From a virus (Duplodnaviria; Caudoviricetes): a stretch of 52,914 nucleotides of DNA. Made by a program: the position numbers and the translations under genes. The number at the start of each line of letters is the position of its first letter. Position 1 is the stretch's first letter. The stretch covers positions 1 through 52,914 of IMG/VR virus record IMGVR_UViG_3300008107_000114. One strand, 5' to 3'. The notes under the pieces were generated by a model. That model saw only the letters and a list, made by a program, of their open reading frames with translations, did not search any database and was not told where the DNA came from. Shown one piece after another: positions 37,101 through 45,706 of the stretch.

Positions 37101-38890
37101 TATTCTCCAAATCGGTAAGCCGGATACGGTCTATTGCAATCATCCGGTCCAAAATAGTTGCTATAGAGTACAGAAGGAATTGTCCTTACTTCTAAAGTAT
37201 GTGTTATTTGCTGAGCCCACGCAGTAAGATCCTCATCAATCAACTCGTTGACGTTAGCCAAAAACAAGCGATTTGAGTTAATTCTAATGCTCTTGACACT
37301 AGTTACTTTGGCTGTGAGGGCCAGAAGTTCAGGAATGGATAATGGGAAATTATCCTGACCGTTGTTACTGTGAATTACATCTAGAGATGTTTCGTTGTTC
37401 AAACGATATCTCTGAACCATGGTAGCGGTAAACGTCTCGCCTTCATACTCAATCGCAACTAATTCAAAGTAAGTAAACTCACCGGGAGGAATATTGTTAA
37501 CACGCAGCTTTATCGCCTTGTTGGTTAGCGTGCCCGGCTGATCACCTTTGACTTCAGATGGAGTAATGGTATTTGCATTGAATACATTGATGGGTCCAGT
37601 TGGATACAGATAATCTGTTCCAATAAAGTCATCTGTTACAAAACGACCAGTGTAACGTTTGTTACCACATATAACTGATCCCCCGCCTTCAATGCTGGCG
37701 ATGTACTGGATTGTGGCCGCTGGAGTATCTACAAATAATGTTGTTTCCTTGTCGACTTTTGCGATATCAATTTCTCCACCGTTCGAAGTCAGTACTCCAT
37801 CTTGAATGTATGGATAAGGAACGCTTAATGCCCTTGGTTTATTAAAGCCATCGGTCCAGTAAATATTTACATCCTGTGTGCGTCTTTCAACTTGTGATTG
37901 GATCTGGTAGTCAACGTTAAAGTTAAGCTGCTTGGATCTAAGCAAGCGAGTATAGGTATAAGCTTCAGTAGCTGGATTAAACTGAACAACACCTATTTCA
38001 CAGAGACTGTTGTACGGTGTATAATAGGTTGAGGTAAGATAATTGCCAGTTGTAGAAAACACTATTGTGTCATTACCAACGCTCTCCATTCCTATAATTT
38101 TAAACTTAGGAGAAAGTGTAAGAAAACTTACGTACTCGGAAAGTTGAATAATGGAGTCAATTATGTTTCCAGTTTTTAAGATTTCAAAATCAGTAAAGGT
38201 TGCATTTGTTACATCAAAGTATGCTGTGCCTCCGGTGAGATACGTAAGACTAGCATATGAAAACCCAGCCGCTAAACCATTCAACATAGACTGTACTTGA
38301 GTTGCAAGGCTAGTCATAGGGGAAAGGTCAATGGTCTGAGTCCCAGTCCCAGCTGTAGTAAAATCGATCTTGTTGATGAGAGTAGACTCAGTGTACAGTT
38401 CTATTGTTGTGGTATTAATTACCTTTACATAATACGCCCCTCCGCTCACCAAAGGCGAAGGAGGTGTTCCACCAATATTTAAGTATCCTACAACTTGGCT
38501 GTTCGATAAACCATGAGGAGAAGCAAAAGATATTTGATCAGTGGTAGTATTTACACTAGAGATAGGTATAGAAGAACCAACGTAACTTCCAGTAAAACTA
38601 CTTGGACCCAGTACAACTCCAGAACTATTTATAACAGAAACGGAGCCGCTGAAACTATAGGGATAATCAGCTCTCAAGTAAATACGCCAAGTACTTACAC
38701 TTTCAGTTGGATCAGGAATCGTAACTTTTAATGCATTACCCAGAACCGGAGAAACGCCAGTCATATTAGCACCCGCATCGTCACGGTGTCTAATATTCTG
38801 GGCATCTATGTAATTACCGCCAGATACCAACTGTAAGTCGGTATCCTTGTCCATAAAACCATTTTGAAGTAATCTTACTATCTGAGACAT
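34178..38890 (-). CDS. Tail nozzle/muzzle (P22 gp10/crAss stabilization protein-like)
   Basis: GFMDKDTD...YIDAQNIR N-terminus, IYWTDGFNKPR, FGGDVFT, SRLWGRYLKVKL C-terminus; follows the ring genes. Confidence 0.85.
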   Translation of the reverse strand: MSQIVRLLQNGFMDKDTDLQLVSGGNYIDAQNIRHRDDAGANMTGVSPVLGNALKVTIPDPTESVSTWRIYLRADYPYSFSGSVSVINSSGVVLGPSSFTGSYVGSSIPISSVNTTTDQISFASPHGLSNSQVVGYLNIGGTPPSPLVSGGAYYVKVINTTTIELYTESTLINKIDFTTAGTGTQTIDLSPMTSLATQVQSMLNGLAAGFSYASLTYLTGGTAYFDVTNATFTDFEILKTGNIIDSIIQLSEYVSFLTLSPKFKIIGMESVGNDTIVFSTTGNYLTSTYYTPYNSLCEIGVVQFNPATEAYTYTRLLRSKQLNFNVDYQIQSQVERRTQDVNIYWTDGFNKPRALSVPYPYIQDGVLTSNGGEIDIAKVDKETTLFVDTPAATIQYIASIEGGGSVICGNKRYTGRFVTDDFIGTDYLYPTGPINVFNANTITPSEVKGDQPGTLTNKAIKLRVNNIPPGEFTYFELVAIEYEGETFTATMVQRYRLNNETSLDVIHSNNGQDNFPLSIPELLALTAKVTSVKSIRINSNRLFLANVNELIDEDLTAWAQQITHTLEVRTIPSVLYSNYFGPDDCNRPYPAYRFGEYQDPQNVLNYTGYMMNDTYRFGIQVQWKETGKWSSPYYLDDIRFDTTATNVTIPNRRSANNITTTNMTNSDSTVVNVFYPKFGNIDLSYEVNNEPLHKLIKAYRIVRADRIPEVLATGILIGGVLDDNTVGENHIIPYHKDVVRTPVNTFSSYPSNYCRRDHSLNFRTTSYQNDIKLGKNGASIYGYFHSPDIYFNQTQYEYTAGDVLKVLSVPVPRDKFTLQGFSTGDFESVYQEYTGYFYPTLLSYTNISILDARLFRTGEIAAWGGADKVKNGISVPPEGVSFASPFYSNMKSCTVFKLGTAIEPTFPGAVGLYPSGSGTYAKEGLVYAQVFRDKGNAAKYPSDKQQTVYETTNHIYILNGNERGVQSNVSVFGGDVFTQKTTLKARMSTHNDLNYGFGLGYSFYSQNVSNTQMFYTIEHNKEHAGPGYVFPQYMETTITGLNESGYKRAGNAYIRDSFGAPRNAQLSSNVVTYAELEQGAWGTGLLYWLEQWPEVDNQNNYDSQYNVIDNLFTENGYDADNRWDGKRPASIRWSQIKSTGSEKDNYRIFKPIDVVDLDTNDGEIIELETINGNLYTLQPNAFTRHYINDSQMLVSDQGTEIVLGSGGVLTNKGQKLSSFGATNKTAVVKGKTFTGDENLYWYNSETKKIVRFGGDGTRVLSDKGLMSFLINNTTWHADSLRAISGEGVTAGYNQRFYEAMFTFKAVDPSIQEFQTWTNTSYSAYVQYASGSLVKVSHQGDGTSFNYYSEFETADRHLSGVPFIYRKKNSNPDTGNTRPYFGATWANNWEKLTPDTHPQYYKIFNLVYDEVKNGFICFQSAWPNIMATRGNTVYTTKPNEQNKIYVHNAGAYNTFYDAQYNGHIEGVVNIDPNLSKTFEAVQVVTHTTPERIDFGTRDHVSFLTSAEFEELEDFYYAPVKNDSTITGINSGDTSRLWGRYLKVKLTFAPNLFQKLVDYVVKYRSNSRLYNK

Positions 38891-38892
38891 AA

Positions 38893-39384
38893 TTACATGT
38901 TAGCTGCTCGTTGAAGTTGATATTCACGCTTGTAGTTTTCCATTACCGGAGCGTAACGTTCAAAGTGTCTACGAGAATATTTCCAGCCAATGTATGCTAC
39001 AAGCATGCGTTCCCACTGATCTTTGAGATAAACGTTTCCAGCTTGGTCAACAGGAAAGCCTTTGTACTCAATCACAAATTTAGAACCGTCTCGTATTTCT
39101 AACGCAGACTCAAATATCACATGCTCATTCTGAATCTCGTAGTCGTAATGTTCGCAGTATCTTGCACCTTCGCAGGTACGAACTACGTTTATTCTTACCC
39201 AGCCTTCAGGCAAAGGAAGTCTTGAATCAAGAACTTCATCTGTAACTGAAAAGTAACGCAAGTTTTCACCTGAGCGAAATGTCTTCAGCACTTGATTCAC
39301 AAGTACCTTAAACCACATTGCGTTTTCTGAATAACTAACTTGTAGTTCTTCACATGCAGCTGCTATAACATCTTCGATCTTCAT
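38893..39384 (-). CDS. Tail ring/tubular protein
   Basis: LPLPEGW, IEYKGFPVD..G..YL pattern; synteny. Confidence 0.7.
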   Translation of the reverse strand: MKIEDVIAAACEELQVSYSENAMWFKVLVNQVLKTFRSGENLRYFSVTDEVLDSRLPLPEGWVRINVVRTCEGARYCEHYDYEIQNEHVIFESALEIRDGSKFVIEYKGFPVDQAGNVYLKDQWERMLVAYIGWKYSRRHFERYAPVMENYKREYQLQRAANM

Positions 39385-39396
39385 CTGTCAATTCGA

Positions 39397-40053
39397 TTAA
39401 TTCGGTTTATTCGGGATAGTATCTAGTGAATCTGAAACCACATCGGATGTGCGAACCATCTGCTTCAATAGATCGTTGGTTATTGTATTCACAATATCAT
39501 TTTCCAAAGTAGCGTCTATAGGATATTGATCAATATCACGACGATAGTTTGGAACTTCAGTGGGGTCATTAAATAACGCCCTTACCAACAGCTTACGCTG
39601 CTTTGGATTTTTATAAACTTGAATGTAAAATTTACCATCATAATCGGCCACATAATCCCAAGCTACTCCTTTTTCTTTTTGAAAAATAGAATGCATAGAC
39701 AAAGCCGTATAGTTTGAGCGAATACGAAGAAATGGCTTTTGACCATTAACGTGCCCAACATATACAAAACCATCATGTCTATCATCAAGCCTAACAACAG
39801 TGGGACAAGGAAATCTAACAACATCACAGTCTGCTTCTGCATCTTCTTCTAGTAATTCTACACTATAAACTTGTACACACGCTTCATTGATGCGGTCAAA
39901 CATTGGTTGTCTACTCATCGCAGACAAAATAGATGCTCTGGCGGTATGAATCTTAGACTCAATGTAAAGAGAATCAAAACGCATTTCATCGGTAGTGTTG
40001 CCACCGTTTACATTGCTAGTAATACGGTGTACAATTTCAGTAAGTGTACTCAT
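39397..40053 (-). CDS. Tail ring/adaptor protein
   Basis: MSTLTEIV..I, VRALFNDPTEV, QYPID pattern; synteny with crAss-like ring genes. Confidence 0.7.
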   Translation of the reverse strand: MSTLTEIVHRITSNVNGGNTTDEMRFDSLYIESKIHTARASILSAMSRQPMFDRINEACVQVYSVELLEEDAEADCDVVRFPCPTVVRLDDRHDGFVYVGHVNGQKPFLRIRSNYTALSMHSIFQKEKGVAWDYVADYDGKFYIQVYKNPKQRKLLVRALFNDPTEVPNYRRDIDQYPIDATLENDIVNTITNDLLKQMVRTSDVVSDSLDTIPNKPN

Positions 40054-40056
40054 TTA

Positions 40057-40881
40057 TTAGGGGTTGAGTGCTATGTCTTGAGCGGAACTCTGACGAAGCT
40101 CGATATCTCGAACTTGGCCAGCGTAGGTCATTACACATTCGTCAGCTAAACGATACAGAAACTTTTCTGTATAAGCTGTTATTTGGGTTGCACCGGTCGA
40201 TAGAAAAATGTGACCATTTGCAACAGTAGGCTGAGCAAAGTAATCAATGATTATTCCGTCTGCTTGAGGAAACAAATAAAGAGCCTTATTGTTTACGGCT
40301 CCTGCTATTCGGTTTTGCAATTGATACTTCGGATGAAAAATGGTAGGTGCATGATACACGTCACGTTTTCTATCCGAATAATAAGGAGATGCTTCAAAAG
40401 TTCTAACTAGATATACTGGTGCAGCTGCGTCAATTGTAGTTGCAGTAGATACTGTAAAATTCAATTTGGTTGTAGCTGTAACTGTTCCAGTAACTGATAA
40501 TACTTTAATCTGATCCCCAACTCGTACCGTGTGACCACTGGATGAAAAGACGGTTGTGTACGGACCCGAACCAGTGGTCGCACGAGTAAGAGCACCCAAA
40601 AGGGTATTGTAGGTACAGGCCACACGAAATAAATGCATGTAGGTTCTGTCCAAGCCAGACAAATCGATGTAAGGAGCAGCGACTGTCTTAACTTCATCTT
40701 TAATTAAAAGGCTCCACAGTTCATCGTAATCTTTCTGAGAATCGAGATCCCTGTAAACCCTTTCACATAACCGATAGATAGTATCTTCAATAATGCGATC
40801 AGCCTTTGCAGTGTCAATATATGCACTGTAAGCTTTGTCGATCTTTTGTTGAAGAAGTGTGTAAAATTGTGCCCCGGTCAT
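40057..40881 (-). CDS. Head-tail adaptor/ring protein
   Basis: MT..QF...L.QKIDK N-terminus, YMHL, IDYFAQP; synteny. Confidence 0.7.
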   Translation of the reverse strand: MTGAQFYTLLQQKIDKAYSAYIDTAKADRIIEDTIYRLCERVYRDLDSQKDYDELWSLLIKDEVKTVAAPYIDLSGLDRTYMHLFRVACTYNTLLGALTRATTGSGPYTTVFSSSGHTVRVGDQIKVLSVTGTVTATTKLNFTVSTATTIDAAAPVYLVRTFEASPYYSDRKRDVYHAPTIFHPKYQLQNRIAGAVNNKALYLFPQADGIIIDYFAQPTVANGHIFLSTGATQITAYTEKFLYRLADECVMTYAGQVRDIELRQSSAQDIALNP

Positions 40882-40907
40882 TTAACACAAATGTACAAAA
40901 TTTATTT

Positions 40908-41507
40908 TTAATCTGATATATCTTTTTGCTTCTTGAGTTTGTCTACTTTTTCAGCGAAGAATTCTATCATCTCAAGCATTTCTTCAGGAGTAAATTTGTA
41001 AACACCTTTGGATTTCTGAACAATCAAATCTGCCATTCCTTCTCCATACTTCAAATCAATTCTCTTGCCGAACTCATACTGCATGCCGCTCATTCCAACG
41101 TTACATGCGTAGCACTGGGGAGCACAGTTAAAAGGATCAAACCTAGTTGACATGAATCGTCTGGATTGAAAGTGGCCATTGTGAATAGACTTGTAGTGAT
41201 GAGGGTTATCGCAAGTGAAACACTTTACCATTCCATTTTTGTTGGAGTTTTCTAGTCTGATGTACAATGAAAAAACAGTGTCTAATCTTTTAGTCAGTTG
41301 AGAAATACTCATGCGTTTCTTTTCACGCTTGACTGCTCTGCGTTCTTTTGCTTTTTCGTCAGCGGCTTTTTTCACACAGGTAGAACAAAGCTTTTTAGTT
41401 TTGTTGGCATAAGGACGATTTCTTTTGCAGCCGGAGCAAATGGTTTCCTTTAGAGGTTTTTCTGAAACCCCCTTGACTGGAATCTTTTTTTCTTTTTTAC
41501 GTATCAT
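40908..41507 (-). CDS. ninG: NinG/Rap-like recombination endonuclease with extra N-terminal Zn ribbon
   Basis: LDTVFSLYIRL, CFTC, HNGHFQSR..STRFD..NC.PQC..CN, KYG; N-terminal CSGC...CSTC. Confidence 0.88.
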   Translation of the reverse strand: MIRKKEKKIPVKGVSEKPLKETICSGCKRNRPYANKTKKLCSTCVKKAADEKAKERRAVKREKKRMSISQLTKRLDTVFSLYIRLENSNKNGMVKCFTCDNPHHYKSIHNGHFQSRRFMSTRFDPFNCAPQCYACNVGMSGMQYEFGKRIDLKYGEGMADLIVQKSKGVYKFTPEEMLEMIEFFAEKVDKLKKQKDISD

Positions 41508-41523
41508 AGATTTACTTTAAACC

Positions 41524-41544
41524 AAAAACCCCTCTGGTGAGGGG
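41524..41544 (-). terminator. Rho-independent terminator
   Basis: CCCCTC-4 nt loop-GAGGGG hairpin followed by T5 on the minus strand, after gene 41574..42437. Confidence 0.7.
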
Positions 41545-41573
41545 CTCTTGGCACTAATTACTAGAAACAATGG

Positions 41574-42437
41574 TTATACGGTTAACGAATCAATGATTTC
41601 GGTTTTCTTACCTCTGAGTTTCTTAATCTCTTGAACCTTTTCAGCAACTACTTCGGTGATATCCTCTTTACTCATATCATCGAGTTTTTCGCTAGGTTTG
41701 GTTATAACCTTATCGACTTCTACCTTGATGAAACCATAGAAGAAATCTTTGTCGCTTAGGCACATGTCAATGACATCACGCTCATTGGTTCCAAGAGTTC
41801 TGCCACCGACACGGTAGTATCCATTCTCAAGTTTGATGATACCCAAGGTAATGGCTTTTTGAGCATACACTTTTACTTTGCGATCTGTATCAGCAGATTC
41901 GTAAAAATGGATGAATACGTTTTTGCGACTGATTGCGTCACCTGTAAGGTTTGGACCAATCAGACGACTTACCAGTTCTTTGTGAGTTAAACCTCTAGCA
42001 TCAATACCTAGGGCATATGCTAAATCAGCTTTTTCCTCAAATGACAAAGCCAAGCACTTCAACGCAACATCCATGTTTTCGTTAAGGTTGGATACTTCGT
42101 TGTCAACAATCTTGTGCTGTAGAACACAAGTGAACAAGCCATTAATCAAATTGATGTTCTGATGACCTTCGGTTTGAACCAATGGGTGGTTCATGTAAAA
42201 GTCAACTACTGCCAATTCATAGGCGTTGCTGTCATCATACTCTAGAGTGTAGATTGCAGCGTTATCAAGCAATACGTCGAATTGCTTAAGAGAGGCATCA
42301 AATTCAAAATCTGAAACCACACGCTTACCGTTTTCTACACAGTAAAGATGTTTACGAGAAGCTTTGTCATAGTAACTGCCCTGAAGAGTATGTGTACCCT
42401 TGGGAGTTCGTGCCGATAAAAGTATTTTGCGGATCAT
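41574..42437 (-). CDS. Conserved hypothetical protein downstream of the capsid genes
   Basis: 287 aa; FYMNHP, AITLGIIK...Y..GG.TLG pattern; capsid-module synteny. Confidence 0.7.
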   Translation of the reverse strand: MIRKILLSARTPKGTHTLQGSYYDKASRKHLYCVENGKRVVSDFEFDASLKQFDVLLDNAAIYTLEYDDSNAYELAVVDFYMNHPLVQTEGHQNINLINGLFTCVLQHKIVDNEVSNLNENMDVALKCLALSFEEKADLAYALGIDARGLTHKELVSRLIGPNLTGDAISRKNVFIHFYESADTDRKVKVYAQKAITLGIIKLENGYYRVGGRTLGTNERDVIDMCLSDKDFFYGFIKVEVDKVITKPSEKLDDMSKEDITEVVAEKVQEIKKLRGKKTEIIDSLTV

Positions 42438-42475
42438 AAATATTTTAACGAAGATAAGTGTTTTTTGTTAAAAAC

Positions 42476-42506
42476 AAAAAAAGGGGGAACCAAGTCCCCC
42501 CTTTTT
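42476..42506 (-). terminator. Rho-independent terminator (likely bidirectional)
   Basis: AAAAAAAGGGGGAACCAAGTCCCCCCTTTTT: GC stem with A/T tracts on both sides, after the capsid genes. Confidence 0.85.
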
Positions 42507-42519
42507 ACAAAACTCCAGA

Positions 42520-43260
42520 TTACAGGTTGTAAGCAGGAGTGGTGAACGGAGCATCACGGAAGGTTGTACCTAACGCAGTGATCAAAGTAGACTGAGTGGT
42601 GTTAATCCAAATAGTCTGCTCAAGGTATTCTTGGCCCGAACTAACGTGACCAGAGGCATAGCCCTGTTTTACTTTGAAAATGAATTCGGTATACAACTGA
42701 CCAGTGGTTGCACTAGCCAAACCACGAGCTTGCAACTCAGCAGCCAAACCGTAAGGTTTAGCGAAAGCTACAGTCTGAGCAACAGCCAACGTACCAGCAC
42801 CAGTGCTAATACAGTTGATGTTCTGAGGAATGGTTGTGTTAGAGGTTACAGTTACCAAAGTAGTACCGTCAGTGGCAGTTACGCCAAAAGCAGCACCGAT
42901 AGCATTGATAGCAGTAGTCAAACCTGCAGTAATTTCAGCTACAGTAGCAGTACCATCTGAGGTATAGCTAGCAGTGAAAGTCTGCAGAATAGGACCAAAG
43001 TAGCCCCAATCAGACTCTTTGTACACCTGAATAGTCACAGTGTAAACTGTGTTATTCGCAGCTGTAGGAGTCAAAGTTTGGCTACGTGAAGTACCAGCAA
43101 CACCGGGAACAATCTCAACATTAAAGATACCAGCTACATCCATAGGGATAGCTCTCATGGCATCTACGTTGTTGATGTCAACACCAACACGAACAAAGTG
43201 CAGCTTACCGTTATCTACGGCAAGGGTAGTTGCACCATTAAATAAAGCTTGATTTTGCAT
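42520..43260 (-). CDS. Auxiliary capsid/decoration protein
   Basis: Thr/Ala-rich beta protein directly after the MCP and before a strong terminator. Confidence 0.65.
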   Translation of the reverse strand: MQNQALFNGATTLAVDNGKLHFVRVGVDINNVDAMRAIPMDVAGIFNVEIVPGVAGTSRSQTLTPTAANNTVYTVTIQVYKESDWGYFGPILQTFTASYTSDGTATVAEITAGLTTAINAIGAAFGVTATDGTTLVTVTSNTTIPQNINCISTGAGTLAVAQTVAFAKPYGLAAELQARGLASATTGQLYTEFIFKVKQGYASGHVSSGQEYLEQTIWINTTQSTLITALGTTFRDAPFTTPAYNL

Positions 43261-43271
43261 TTTCTAAAAGA

Positions 43272-44633
43272 TTAAGCGATTAATTCAACCAATCCGCAAC
43301 GCTCAGCAGCAACGTACAGACCGCAATCAGAAAGAATGTGGAAGTCCACACCGTCAATATCGCTAGTAGCCAATGAACCAGTCAAACCATTAGCAATTGC
43401 TTGCTTAATAGTAGAAGGGTTAGAGTCTTGCAAGCCGATCATACCCGGTACGTAGTTAGCGATCATCTCGTCATTGTTGAAGTGATACTTCTGCAAAGGA
43501 GAAATTGTACCGCTACCGTCAGCAGCTGGAATTGGAGTCATATCCAATACATACATACTGTGAGACATACGAGGCTTACCAGTAACACCAGACAAATCGC
43601 CTTTGAATGCATCGTCATCCAACAATGCCCAACGAACGAAATCAATCTTGATACCAGCGTAGCTGTAAGTCATAACGTTCAAACCTTCTACTGAAACTCC
43701 ACCCAAGGTGTTGGTAGTACCAGCATACTGGATGTAAGCAGACAACAAGGTTTGCAAACGAGCCATCATAGCAGTACCCATCAATGCGATAAGGTTACGG
43801 CCATTTTCAGCACTCTTACGAACCAAAGTTTCCAAGAAGTCGTTAAACTGAGTCTGAGTGATTTCAGCAGTCAATGGAAGGTATGTACCACCGTTGTTGA
43901 TGATAGACCAACGCAAGCCAGCAGTGGTGTAAGATTCACCCTGAGGACCGTTTACGATAGCACGCTCAGAGAACGCATACTTGAACTCCAAGCTCTTAGA
44001 GAACTTACGGAGAGTCAAATCGTCATATGAACGATACCAGAAATCACCTTGCCATTTCACGAAAGAAGCAGCACGATCACGACGTGCTTGGCTAGAGCTT
44101 TCACGAGTGATAGCAGTGTAGGTAAAGTCAGTCTGAGGAACAAAGTTCAACGGAGTCTTACCACCGCTGTAACGGTTTGCGCTAGAGTCAAACAACGACT
44201 TACAGATAGTACCTGACAAGAAGTGGTTAGCAATAACCAAAGTAGTGCTCACACGCTTCACGATAAGCTGGTTAGCACCAGAAGAAGGCTTGTCAATTAC
44301 GATAGCCTGAACCATGTTAGCGTCAGCAACGATATCACCAATACGGAAGTTGGAGTTATCATCTAAGGTTACTAGCAAAGCTTCACCTACAGCATATCCA
44401 CTTGGGGTGGTAGGAGCAGCAGAAATACGAGAATAAACAGAAAGATTTCCAAGTGCGCTGATTTCTACTTTCGGCTGAGGAGTCGAAATAGAAGAAGACA
44501 ACTTAGAAGTCAACTGAGTCAAAACATTGTACCCATAATCTTGGGCGTAAACCATGGCCATTTTATTGGGTAAGCTCAACCCCCTAAGGAGGAGCGACTG
44601 GTTTAAATCTAGGTTTGTAACTGGACTTGCCAT
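43272..44633 (-). CDS. Major capsid protein (HK97 fold)
   Basis: 453 aa after portal and scaffold; NFVPQTDFTYTAITRES, SLEFKYAFSER, TTAGLRWSI. Confidence 0.85.
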   Translation of the reverse strand: MASPVTNLDLNQSLLLRGLSLPNKMAMVYAQDYGYNVLTQLTSKLSSSISTPQPKVEISALGNLSVYSRISAAPTTPSGYAVGEALLVTLDDNSNFRIGDIVADANMVQAIVIDKPSSGANQLIVKRVSTTLVIANHFLSGTICKSLFDSSANRYSGGKTPLNFVPQTDFTYTAITRESSSQARRDRAASFVKWQGDFWYRSYDDLTLRKFSKSLEFKYAFSERAIVNGPQGESYTTAGLRWSIINNGGTYLPLTAEITQTQFNDFLETLVRKSAENGRNLIALMGTAMMARLQTLLSAYIQYAGTTNTLGGVSVEGLNVMTYSYAGIKIDFVRWALLDDDAFKGDLSGVTGKPRMSHSMYVLDMTPIPAADGSGTISPLQKYHFNNDEMIANYVPGMIGLQDSNPSTIKQAIANGLTGSLATSDIDGVDFHILSDCGLYVAAERCGLVELIA

Positions 44634-44644
44634 TTTTTATTTTT

Positions 44645-45649
44645 TTATCTTTTTTTAGCGTTTAGGTAGGCACTGAACGCATCATCTGCCCCGGTGTTTT
44701 TCATACCCGGATTGGCATTGGATGATCCTGCACCACTAGACGGATTTGTTGTCGCTATCAACAGTTCTTTCCGGCCAGCATTTTTGGCTGCGGTAACGTT
44801 TGCTCGAACGATATCTTTTCCATACAAACGCCACAATGCAAAGTCAGCCATTAACTCTGCATCTATAGATCCATCGGCACGATTCAAACTGATTTCTTTT
44901 TTCAAGAATGTTGTGATTTTAGTGGACATTTCGTCAGTCACCTTAAATCCGTACAGTTCTTTTCCTGAAATCTCTTTTGCAATCTGGTCGATTTCTGCTT
45001 CAAAACGCTGTACAGTCTGTTGGATACGGTCATTCTGTTTAGCTGGTTCCTGAGTAAGTTGTTTCAACTTCGACTCGGACTGCTGCATGAATGTGTTTCT
45101 ATACTCTTGTACTAGTTTTTTGCGCTGAAATAAAGACATCTGGTTGAACTCTTCAACAGCAGATGCATAATCGTCTCCAGTAAAGCCTTCTAGTTGCTGA
45201 AGCCCCATCTCAACGATAGTAGCATCATCCATAGCGGCATAATCTGGAACGTTCATCTCATTGATAAAGTCTTTCAAAGTCTTGCCAGACTTCTTGAACT
45301 CCTTTAACAATTTGATATCTTCATCTTCATCTACAACTGGAGTTGGAGCATCAGCGTTAGCTGGTGCATCAGCTGGCTTTGGTGTAGATGAATTTTCTTT
45401 TTCGTACCATGGAACATCATCGCCATCAACCAGTGGATCTGCAGGTGGATCAACAGGTGGCTCCGGTTCAACAGCAAGTGCCTGAGGAGTTGGAGCTGCT
45501 GTAGCAGCTGGAGCTGCCGGAGGAGTTTGAGCAGCTGGCTCAACCGGTGGTTGAGGATCAACTGGTGGTTGAGGATCAGCACTACCAGCACCAGTATCTT
45601 GTTGTTGCTGTTGTTGCTGCTTGATTTGTTGTTCGATAGTATCGTACAT
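44645..45649 (-). CDS. Capsid scaffolding protein
   Basis: Acidic, polyQ and Pro/Ala low-complexity N-terminus, helical; between portal and MCP. Confidence 0.75.
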   Translation of the reverse strand: MYDTIEQQIKQQQQQQQDTGAGSADPQPPVDPQPPVEPAAQTPPAAPAATAAPTPQALAVEPEPPVDPPADPLVDGDDVPWYEKENSSTPKPADAPANADAPTPVVDEDEDIKLLKEFKKSGKTLKDFINEMNVPDYAAMDDATIVEMGLQQLEGFTGDDYASAVEEFNQMSLFQRKKLVQEYRNTFMQQSESKLKQLTQEPAKQNDRIQQTVQRFEAEIDQIAKEISGKELYGFKVTDEMSTKITTFLKKEISLNRADGSIDAELMADFALWRLYGKDIVRANVTAAKNAGRKELLIATTNPSSGAGSSNANPGMKNTGADDAFSAYLNAKKR

Positions 45650-45706
45650 ATTTTTACAAAATTATATAAAAATTTCAAAAGTCAAGTGTGTTCAGAAAAA
45701 TATACA

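Noticed and set aside
45540-45625. 18-bp tandem repeat and CAA/CAG tract
   Set aside because: Encodes DPQPPV x2 and polyQ in the disordered scaffold N-terminus; ordinary low complexity
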